From Chlorokybus atmophyticus (lineage: Eukaryota; Plantae; Mesostigma and Chlorokybus algae), in the NCBI GenBank assembly GCA_009103225.1, contig RHPI01002503.1:1231987-1295986 (forward strand): a DNA stretch of 64,000 nucleotides. Reading direction: 5' to 3'. Positions within the stretch are counted from its first letter, which is position 1; each line of letters begins with the position of its first letter. Shown here in pieces: positions 1 through 9,853 of the stretch. Under the pieces are notes generated by a model that worked only from the letters and a program-made list of their open reading frames with translations, ran no database searches and was not told the DNA's origin. Made by a program: the position numbers and the translations under genes.

Positions 1-497
1 CCCCCCCCCCCTACCACTCAGTATCGAACACGCACAAAAAACATAATAATGTTATACGCTATAATGAGCATTTCATGGTTTTATTATTATTATTTACATA
101 ATTTGCAACCACGACATGTTAAGTCGCTAATTAGCTTGTTACATAAGAGTTAATGATGCCGCTGTGTTTCACACAGCGTGCGAGCGTGAAACCGTTCCTC
201 TAAGGGCAAGGCGTCTTGCCACCTCTCGGTGGCAACACTTTAGGCTAATGCAAGCATGTTGCCAAAAAATGACCTCTGGCAATGGTTTGCGGCCTAAGCC
301 GCTGCATATCCTCCCCGTTGTTCTAACGAGGCCCTTATCCGCCGTGAGGTGACATGGCTCGTTGTGGTCACGAGCCATGCTTTTCAATTATAGTCTTTAT
401 AAATATGCTAGAATAAATTCCACACAGCTTGACGTTCGCGAGCCAGGACTGCCTCCGCGGGGGACGGACCGTTGCTGGTCCTTCGGGACCCCATTGC

Positions 498-649
498 CTG
501 GTCCGTGCCGCACCATTCATGGCGCGGAGTGGACCAGTCAGCCACGCTGGTTATACATCTGGACCAGGTACGGTCCCGCTGCCTTGCGGTCCTGCTGTCG
601 CGCACCGTCCCGGTCCGTCCTGTACCACATATGGTGCGGCACGGACCAG
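498..649. repeat. Perfect 19-bp inverted repeat within a GGACC/GGTCC-rich tract (candidate DNA-transposon subterminal region)
   Basis: CTGGTCCGTGCCGCACCAT (498-516) is the exact reverse complement of ATGGTGCGGCACGGACCAG (631-649). Many GGACC/GGTCC pentamers occur between about 450 and 650. Confidence 0.7.
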
Positions 650-1595
650 TGACTTTGCTGGTCTGTATGAACTTATTGACAGGCCGCCCCGACTGTCGGA
701 AAATGCTCACCGACAGGTGGACAGCCGCAAATGGTCGGCGGCTAATTGACAGCCGCGCTGTCAGTTATCAATTAATAAGCTGTAAGGAGCTATCTGTGCA
801 AATTATCATAATTGCATGTGCACAAAGTTGCGAAAATTTAATAGACATGTACTTGTGACATGCATTGATGTATGTGACATGTATTGACGTATGGATAATT
901 ACGGTAGATATACTCAAGTATTACTATATAACGTAATGCAACTTGTATGCATAACATTCGATGCGCGCATTATTGGATGGACCGCTGTGTATATGGCGGT
1001 TATGAATATTGGAAAATACAGTTTTAAATATGTGGATGTTTTATGCAAGTGTTGTATAGTTACATCCGCTATACATTGTATGTGTCATATAATATATATA
1101 TCATTGATAACACAAGCGGCTTTCAAGTGCTATGACAGCCTTTTGTGCCACAACAGACTTATAAACAGCCCCCAACCACGCAATTGCTTTGTTATCAGCC
1201 GTTACAAGGCCCGCGTTGCGATGCTACTGCCAATGTTATATGTGATGCATACATATATACATACGTTTAATGTATGCATATCGTCGCAAAATATTTCCCC
1301 CGCCGGCCGAATAAATATTGGCAACGGCCGTGCACCTGAAGATACTTATTTAGACCGTCGCGGCTCATTCCACCTGTAATCTCAATACAAGGACGTGATA
1401 GTAGCTTTCGTTACTATCATGCCCTTTTCGTTACAATTCGGTATTTAACAATTGACTATGCCTAATTAACAGGCACCTGGTAGCTACCTATCAGGCCTTA
1501 ACAGGTGACTACAACCAATTAACGGGCATCTCGCCCTCTCCCTCTAAGCTTGCCACATTGATCCCAACCTGTCTTGTTGGTAAAGAAATTGATCG

Positions 1596-2750
1596 ATGTG
1601 TCTAAAAGCTGCGCTGAAAGACAAAGGCTTCATGCTCGACCTCATGAAGCAACATGAGGTCGTAGAGGAACGGGAGGCAGCCAACAAGCGCAAGGCTGTG
1701 GAGCAAGAAGATAACACCTTACCTCCTCTGAATAACGGTGCCACGGAGAGCGCCTGCCAAGCTGTGCAGGTTGACCAAAAAAAGAAAAACGAAGGTTGTT
1801 GGAACAAAGGACGCTCACAGGAACAAAGAAAAAAAGGTGAGGCATCGTTACAATGTAGTTAGAAGAAGTACAGCGCCTTGAAGCCTCACTGGGGCTGACT
1901 GTGTGTCCTTAATAGGCACATGCGGGTTTACAGCGTCATGTGGCTGCTCAGCATCGTCCAGAGAGACAGCCAGTGCGGCACGAGCTGCCCAAGCTCTATG
2001 CACTGACGCGCAGACGCTTTGAGGGGCTGACTCGTAATGCAAAGGAGTTGATCGCCGTACAATACGACCAAGACGCGCTGCATCACCGCATGCGGCATGC
2101 CTCGAGGTGGGTGACGAAAGTATGCAATAAGTGGGAGCAAACGCGGAGAGTGCGGTCTACACACCTCTGAGGATTGGCCGTGGTTGGAACCCAAACACGA
2201 CATGGCCATTTGTCGTACGTTGTTGCCCCTCGCTGTCCTCGATATGATGGTGTTGTTGCTGCCGCAGCAACCCGGCAATGTGCAAGAGCTATCCGCGGAG
2301 CAGAACTTCGACCTGCTGCAACAGATGTACCTGTTGATGTCGATTGATGCGGGTCAAGATGTGTGCCACTACCTGAGCAAACATACCGGGTGGCAAGTAC
2401 AACCATTTCAGCTGTATATGGCATGCTTTGGCTGGCAATGGCTGTATATGATACGGCACGTCAAGCTAATTCTGTGGCAGCTTGAAGAAGATGGCGATGC
2501 GGGCGATTACATGAGTGACGACAGCCATGTTGACGCTTGGATGAACGCATGCGGGACGAGATCACCAAGACCAGCAGGTGGTGTTTAGCGGCAGATGGAC
2601 GTCAAGTGGTCGAGCAGGCAGTGGAGCATTATGCTGCGCCATTCAGATGGGAGTCGCTGCGCCTGCAACGCGATAACAGAGTTTGGTGGCAGAGGCAGCT
2701 TGCACACCCGCATGCACCATGCGTGCTGATTTGTCGCAGTGAAGAGCCCC
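1596..2750 (+). pseudogene. Degenerate coding remnant of unknown function (probably TE-associated)
   Basis: A chain of protein-like but broken plus-strand ORFs (1596-1862, 1940-2170, 2184-2588, 2537-2750) in shifting frames. No family recognised with confidence. Confidence 0.3.
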
Positions 2751-3130
2751 NTGCACGCATAACTGCCAATAATGACGGACAGCGACTTAAAAGATCTGCC
2801 ACATTAGTTCTGCCAGGCCGATATACCCATTCAAAAGTAAATCGCGACAGAAACTCATTCCAGCGAGCTTGCCTACGTGNAAAAGTACGTGGCAAATAAA
2901 TCAAAGAATCTACAAGCGTGTCCCTTCCGCAAGCAACTTCACTCGTTTTGGCCATGCCTGCTGCAAGACGGTAACGTGTCGTTGCAAGAAAGCGATATGC
3001 CATGTCTGCATCATAGCACATTAAAAGTTCGTCGCAAATAAATCAAAGAATCTACAAGCGTGTCCCTTCTGCAAGCAACTTTACCCGTTTTGATCGCCAC
3101 GCCTGCTGCAAGACGGCAACGTGTCGGCGG
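2750..3130 (-). mobile_element. Ty3/gypsy pol fragment (RNase H C-terminus), degenerate
   Basis: Minus-strand translation [34 protein letters not shown] matches the conserved end of the gypsy RT-RNase H domain (RxARW...F.F...Y.PG..N.VAD.LSR). No RT core, integrase or LTR seen. Confidence 0.75.
2881..3126. repeat. Local direct duplication of about 100 bp inside the gypsy fragment
   Basis: 2881-2981 and 3023-3126 share GCAAATAAATCAAAGAATCTACAAGCGTGTCCCTT and GCCTGCTGCAAGACGG with a few substitutions. Confidence 0.85.
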
Positions 3131-3631
3131 TGATTTGGCCCCCGCCTTGATGACAATTATGCAAGTATTGTAGTTTTGTGTTGGCTTCCTGTGAACCATG
3201 TAGGTACATATATAGTTGCAGCATGGTGCATGGTGCACCCGAGATCTGCTGTTGTTAGAAGCATTGGCTGTACATGTGTATGATGGCTGCCTGGCGCATG
3301 AGTCAGTGCATGGCTTGCATACCTTGCTGGTTCAGAGCGTGGTGAACAGCAACAAACTTGGACAGCGCTCTGGGTTCCATGTAATGACAGCACAGTATTA
3401 CTCTATGATTGTGGTAGTATGCAAGTATCCTTGTACTGTAGTACCATTAATGGATGGAGTACCACTTATGTGGATGTAGTACCATGCATGGTACTGTAAT
3501 ACCGTCCATGATACGGTCGTGCATCTTGAAGTGTGACTCATTTAGGGTTCGTAAGCTGGCAACCCTAAATTGATGCCCATACCCTAAAGTCTCGCTCAGT
3601 TTGTGGGCAGCCGTGCCGATTCATATTTTGC

Positions 3632-4007
3632 ATGATGTCGGTGGCAGCAGTTGAATCCCCCTCACCTAGGAGACCATGCTTGGTGTGCCCACAATGCAAT
3701 GTGTACGTATGTGCCAATGGCCGTAGGCAGCAAATGCGAGCACACTTGAACGAATGCCAACGAGTGCAGACATTGTGCCACGGTTTTAGTGCTGCTTACT
3801 GGCATTACACCACACACAATGTCGACGTGTTTGGCTGCCGCCTCGGCAAAGTGCTGTGCAAGGAACCCGAGTTTTTCCATTGCGTTCAATGCGTGTGCAA
3901 ATCGTGCTCGCGCTCGTGCTTTAAGTGGCGAGAAGAACCTATGCGCTTCTTCACATGGACAACACCGGGACACGCGGTTAGTGGACATGTGGTGGATGCT
4001 GTGGAGG
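3632..4007 (+). pseudogene. Cys-rich, putative zinc-binding ORF; possibly 5' exon(s) of the Tudor-methyltransferase unit
   Basis: CPQC...MRAHLNEC (C2HC-like spacing) and HCVQCVCKSC. A GAG|GTAATT donor-like site lies near 4007. It is on the same strand as, and directly upstream of, the Tudor ORF. Confidence 0.35.
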
Positions 4008-4127
4008 TAATTCGGCAGAGTGGACAGCGACGTATCACTGCATGTTATGTTGGGCATATGCTTATTTCATGCATGTTGATGCTATTGTCGCATTCAAAGC
4101 AGTCTTCTACGGTGTGGGCGTGGGCAG

Positions 4128-4523
4128 TTGCACCCCCTGGCCGCTGTAGAGGAGGCAGACCATCGACCATTGGACAGCGCACTGCATCGGCTACGGAACG
4201 CGGTTAAGTTGGGATGCAAGCAGCTGATCGGTGTGAGTGTCATGGTGCATTGGCCGCTGGATGGGGAATGGTATGCGGGCGTTGTGGAATCATTTAAGCA
4301 AGCATCAGGTCAGCATCGCTTCTTGGCGTGCGAGATTGAGGACACATCATATATGCATTGTGCAATAGAAAATGGCTTTACAGGGCAGCGTATAGTATTA
4401 ATCGATGACGGTGATCGACACAAACCATCAACTTTAAAGGGCACAACATATTCGCGTACACATCAGTTGACGGGGCACGCTATGTTCTGCGCGCCGGAGG
4501 GGAGAATGTCGGTCGCAAAGTAA
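4128..4523 (+). pseudogene. Tudor/Agenet-like domain (PDS5/MSH6-type Tudor), degenerate
   Basis: QLIGVSVMVHWPLDGEWYAGVVESFKQASGQHR...DDGD fits the plant PDS5/MSH6-type Tudor pattern LIG..V.V.WP.D..WY.G.V..F......H...YDDGD. Confidence 0.65.
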
Positions 4524-4570
4524 GCCCGGACGGCATCATTGAAAGTCCCTGACCAGCACCACAGCCAGCC

Positions 4571-5398
4571 TTGATCACATACACGCCATTTGACAACAAG
4601 TTTAAACGCACACGCAGACCAAGGGCACTTGACCTATTCTGCGGTGGTGGCGGTGCCAGTGTCGGTCTATATCACGTAGGCTTTGACGTGACCGGGATGG
4701 ACATAAGTCCCTCCTCTGAGTACCCGCCGCCCTTTATACACCGCGATGTATGCACCCTAAGTGCAGGAGAGCTGAGCGAGTGCGAGCTCATATGGGCCAG
4801 TCCACCATGCCAGGCCTATTCAGGTGCTATCCCGGCACCTCAACGGGCGGCACATGGCACATCCTGGAGACACCAGCATATGATACCGCTCGTCCGACAT
4901 CTGCTGCTTGCAAGCTAGGTTCAATTTGTGATTGAGAATGTGCCAGGAGCAGCTTCCTCGTTTAGACCCAATCTGTCCCTTTGTGGCACGATGTTTGGCC
5001 TATCAACCTTCCGACACCGTCCGTTTGAGACACAGCCAGCGGTGCTCCATCAGCACGCTACTCGCACGCGGGCAAGGCAGTTGGACTGCTATCGTCGCAC
5101 CTGTCCGCTAGCGCGAAGAAGTCAATTGTGACATCAAACGCGCCACAGCAAATGTACCCGGTTCATGTCCTTCGAAGCACCAGGGGCGGCATTGCAAACA
5201 GCGCTGAGAGTGCCATGGAAGACCTCGGCCGTTACCATAGCGAATACAGTTCCTCCCGCAATGGCGGAGTGCATAGGGCGTTTCATGCTTGAATCAATGG
5301 ATATGCGCTATGACTACCCTCCTGTGTCATGGAACTATAAGGCTAAAGTGTGGTGCACTGTATTGATGCTTAATGGCACACAGCTGACTAATTGTTGA
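4571..5398 (+). pseudogene. C5 DNA cytosine methyltransferase of the small phage/prophage type, disrupted
   Basis: Motif I ALDLFCGGGGASVG, then GFDVTGMDISP..YP..F...D, catalytic motif IV WASPPCQAYS, motif VI FVIENVPGA, LCGTMFGL..FRHR.FE and motif X-like IANTVPPAMAECIG. There is an in-frame TAG at 4916-4918 and probable frameshifts between about 5055 and 5200. Confidence 0.85.
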
Positions 5399-5550
5399 AT
5401 GTTGCATTCAACATTCGATTGTGGTGACAGTTGTGCAGTGACAGCTGCCCGGTATTGTACACGTCCACATGCAAAAGTCTTGGCATACGATTAGCAATGC
5501 CTAACTGACTGATATGCTCCAAACTTAGAGTGGTGAGTTAAGTACATGTG

Positions 5551-8500
5551 TCACGTGGCAATGCAATGAACGTTCACCCAATACTTGCCCTCTTGTACGC
5601 GGACGCTGTCCTTGTCAAACATGGGGAGCAGTTGGACAATGCCTTTTACTTGCTGTGAGAGTTACGACATTGAGATATGGACCCCCTTAACGCTTTTCCC
5701 ATTCCAGAGCAATGCACTTTGTGATGCTCGGCACATTCAGCTTCGTGTACCAGCGGACAAACACGACCTCCTTCCACATACGCTCGCCGCTACCACCCCA
5801 CACCACCGAGCGCAGAAAAAGGAGTGCCTGAGCCCACCACCTCACAGTTGCACCGTCCTCATCACCTTCCAACTCAAGTGTAGAGAATCAAGGCCGCCCA
5901 TGGAATATCCCAGTTGCGCGCGCCATGCTGACTCCGGATGTCATGTACACCGCTGCGCCTCCGTTCACCACGCAAACAGCACGCCACCCGTCGGCCAACT
6001 CCAGTTGTTCCCTCCTCAACCAGCTGTTCAGGGTGCAGGCAACTTGTCGGCGAATGAAGTCTTCAGGGCGATTTGACGGCTACGCGCAGAACCGCTTCAG
6101 TACGGGCTGGACTCCCTCCATGTCAGCACATTTATCCGAAGCACCTTGTCCCTCTTCTTCATTACATTACCGCACTGCCGTGCTTGCGCCATAACCGAGC
6201 GCATCTCGGGATCCACGACCATGCCATCCTCTCTCACATATTTCGCACAGCTCTATGCCTTCAGGATACGCGCGTGGTAGTCTTGGTTATTGCCACCACA
6301 TATTTCGCACAGCTCTACGCCTTCAGGATACGCGCCTGGTAGTCTTGGTTGTTGCCACCACGCGCCCAATGTTTAATATTCTGGGAGTGCGACTGCTCCA
6401 TGCGGTTGGCGCTGAACCAATCTGTCCACTGCTGACAATTGCCGGCCCAATATTAGTGAGCTGATGCATCTTCTTGATCTTCCAACATGACTTTTCTGTA
6501 CAAAATATGACAACAGTAGCGGATGCAACACTGCAAATATGAAAGGCAGCCAACTTGTTGTCGGTTGTAGTCAGGGTCTCTCTTGTGTATTCATGCGCCT
6601 TGAGCAACTTATTGTTCCACTGGGCAAGCGATGCGGCAATAGTGAAAAAATCGTTGCCCTCACTGTCGAGCAGCAAACCATCTGCAAGGACCGGCAGTAG
6701 CTGCAGCACCGCCACTTTCTCCACCAGATACAAGGAGTGGTCGGACAGGAAAAAATCTATTGTGCTTGTGGGTGCCTTAATGTGCGAAACCCGTAGAGTC
6801 GCCTTGCATGCATTTAGCCTGTGCACATCTGCTTGTGAGCACCTGTCGTTGGCGTTTGGGTTCAACACAAAAGCAACACCAAACAGACGTGCCAGGCTTG
6901 CAGAATCTGTCTCGTGGATGGACGCATTCGTTCTTTCGCAGCGTCGTACACAGCAGCAAGCAGGCGGTCAATGATGCCTCCCAGCACATGCATTGCGTCA
7001 GAGGCAAGACGAGAGTAGCAGTCAGCTCCCGACACCCGCGACTGTTGCCAACCCCACAGTGCATTTTGTTGCCAAAGCACATTGCCTGTTTATACGGAAA
7101 GCCATTCATCCTCGCGAATGCCGGTAATTTGACCATTACCTTCTCGACATGCATGGAGTGCTGCTCTTTAAAAGTTTTGGCTGTCTGGCGTGCATTCGTA
7201 ACACCGCTATGCAAGTCCGCCCGCAGCTGACGTATTGCTTGTGTGTAAAAAGCCTCGGTCTACAATTTCCGGTCCTCATTCATCTCTAACAGATCTAATT
7301 TTGTGACGATACAAACATCGCAAGGATGTCGTGTTTGGTTGCCCGACACAGTGCGTGCGAGTGTGGCAATCTCTTGCAACACAATAAACTCAGATGCTCC
7401 ACTGACAACATCCTCCATGCACTGTTTGCCGGCAGGCTGCATCCGGTTACAACCATGCATGCCCACTACCTGCAAGTCGCTGATGTAGTTGGCAAGCGCG
7501 GAAAACACACAACGCTCGATGCCATTCGGGTCGATGAGCTGCAGACCTTCCCAGCTTGCCCACTTCACATCCCCTAACACTACATTCGAAGCGGCATGAA
7601 CAATTTCACGTTTCCGAATTGAGAACGATTCCTTACCCTGCGGCCAGGTGGGATGCCCGGCCACTACGTGAACCACCGGCAAAAGTGCTATTATAACAAC
7701 CCCCCTGTTGCTAGCATACATGTCCCAACTGTAGTTGGCAAGCGATGCCATCAGAGGGTGGCCAGAGCGCTTGCCCGCGCTGTCCAGCGTGGTCTTGTCA
7801 ATGTACAGAATGGCAGGCGCCAAGTAGGACGCTTCCCCCACCTCTCTCCTCACATTCACCTCCACATCCTTCCACCAGTTGCGCGTGGAAGGATGGCCAA
7901 AGCTGTGCTCGTCACCGCTGTATTGGAGATTGAAGCCATTAGCGGCATGTGGATTGCCATACAACCGCGCAAGCCATACCTGCTCCGATCAAGAGCATAA
8001 CAGGCATGCTGGCCTCAGTATAGACACTGCATTAAATACTGCATTTCACAGACCTTGGCCGGCATATATGTGACGCTGATGTTCTGATCCTTAGGGTCTT
8101 TAGGCTTGCGCAAGTCAGCCGTCACGTAGTTTTGATACGGCAGCACACTCGCATGTGCATATGTGAGATGGCTCTAATGGTTGAAGCACATGCACCGCAC
8201 ACCGTGAACACACCTCAGACTGAGAGAAAGCAATTGTGGTTTGCAGGTCGCTGGCCACATGCACACCGGTCTCCCACTGGAGCTCTTCCGTCAGGAAGTG
8301 CGTTTCGGATGCACTTGATGATCCGCCCCATGTCGGAGGCCGACAGGCCTTGGCCGTTGTTGCACTGCACGAATTCCACTGCAAGAGCATGCTCCAAGCC
8401 GTACCATCTGGATTTCGACGCGTGCAAAGGGACGCCTCCACTTCCATGTTGGCGTGCCACAGGTATCTCAGGCACATGCACACATTGAAAGCCCTCGTTC

Positions 8501-8727
8501 ACTTCCTCATGTTGCTGTGCATGTGTCTCCTGGAGGAATCCTTTAGCATCAAGCATGTGCGCATCCTGGAATGAACTCCCCGGCTCAACATGACCCGCAT
8601 CGTACTGTAATGGACGCTGGCCGACATACAGCTTGATTTGCTTGCACACCCTGCTGCTAACAATGTGCATATAAACCGAGCTGCGTGTAGAGAAGCGCAT
8701 GTGGCAATACGCACAAAGGACTCCCAT
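5551..8727 (-). mobile_element. Plavaka-type transposase gene, multi-intron, pseudogenised
   Basis: N-terminal C2HC finger (CAYC...H.....C). Core: GHPSTRNWWKDVE...PAILYIDKTTLD...HPLMASLAN, ANYISDLQ(E)IA, HPCDVC, SDAMHVLGG, KKMHQL and NRMEQSHSQNIK. C-terminal domain: VVFVRWY...LEW...GIVQLLPMF...YWVN, stop at 5551-5553. Premature stops at 7260-7262, 6080-6082, 5888-5890 and 5687-5689. A GT..AG intron lies at about 7371-7469. Confidence 0.8.
6236..6359. repeat. 62-bp tandem duplication (2 copies) within the Plavaka coding region
   Basis: ACATATTTCGCACAGCTCTAYGCCTTCAGGATACGCGCSTGGTAGTCTTGGTTRTTGCCACC starts at 6236 and again at 6298, with 3 differences. Confidence 0.9.
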
Positions 8728-9302
8728 AGCTCACTACTGACGTCGACACAGGTGTTGCCAATGTAACCTGCATCATATCCAGCAACACGCATAGCCGCCG
8801 CCGCCACCGCCACCGCTAGCCTTGCATGCCAGAGGCGGGAAACTCGGCCGCCATTTACTGGCTCCATCGTACCATTACTATAGTACGACCGAGCCATTGC
8901 ACGTTAAAGGTGAGTCTCTGCATATATATCATGATTGAACCGTCTCAATGGTGCAAAGATGCCTTTGCCAAAAGGTACCATTGAAATGGTACCTTTGTAC
9001 AGTGGCAATGGCAGTTCGTACCGTTGACAAGTGCTGGCAATGCCATTCCCTGCGCATGAAAACACCATTAATGGCTCTGCCAAGCTATACCCTTACATAG
9101 CAGTAATGCCGAGGGTATGTGGCGTTTGGTGGATCGTTAGCGGCGCTGCCAGGGGCGTTGTGGGCATTGTGGTCGAGGTCCAGGATGAAGCCCATGTTCG
9201 CACAGGGCGGGCAAGGTGCCGGTGGGGTGTTCTTGGTGTCAAACCCCACCATGCCTACCAAGGGCACAGCCAATGACAACAGTGACTCGGGCGATATCTT
9301 AC

Positions 9303-9726
9303 TGTTGAGAGTATTCCTACATACGATCAGCATCGACCCTCCACTCAGGAGTAGAAGGTCGTAAGGACGAGCACTAGGTCCGGACTTAGCAAGATGGCAT
9401 CGTCGGACCAGACTCCGGACTCCAGACAGGAGCCTTACTAACTGCTTCGTATCTCCGCGTATACTTACTCATATTAGACGTGTAAGAGCTTGTTGGAAAG
9501 CTCTGGTTGTGAGAAAGACAACGCAGCTTAGAGCGCGTCAAAAGGCTGAGTATAGCTTACGCAGTGCTTGCAAACGTAGACGTGTGTGTAACTGGCTGGT
9601 ATAAGAACCAGCGGACAACTTGTAATAGATGAATGTGATGTGACCTGTGTATGCTCTGGTGGCGGTAGCTCTGTCTCCGTGTGTCCATGCTTGCCTCAAC
9701 TACATGTGCATGCTAGTCCTTCAACA
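9303..9726 (+). repeat. 5' LTR (424 bp)
   Basis: Starts TGTTGAGAG and ends TTCAACA. Differs from the 3' LTR at two positions seen by eye (CCACTCAGG vs CCACACAGG; TCTCCGTG vs TCTCTGTG). Confidence 0.97.
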
Positions 9727-9738
9727 GGTTATGGGCCC
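9727..9738 (+). other. Primer-binding site, half-tRNA-iMet (Hemivirus/copia) type
   Basis: GGTTATGGGCCC immediately follows the 5' LTR. This is the PBS type used by Drosophila copia, Ty5 and Osser-like elements. Confidence 0.85.
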
Positions 9739-9853
9739 ACACTACGCTTGAGGAGTGTGAGACTAGCTTGTGTGCATAGTAGTTCTACACTACGGTAGCT
9801 TGTTTGTAGCAGAGCCTTGGGTGTCAACTGCAAGAAAGACAGGCTCGACAGAA

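Noticed and set aside
353-379. Helitron 3' end at this hairpin (and at 16692-16732)
   Set aside because: No properly spaced CTRR followed by T, and no Rep/helicase sequence nearby.
891-1379. 162-aa ORF
   Set aside because: AT-rich, low-complexity, no motif or splice context; chance ORF.
6236-6359. CRISPR-like repeat
   Set aside because: Two adjacent copies with no spacer, in a eukaryotic transposase; a simple tandem duplication.
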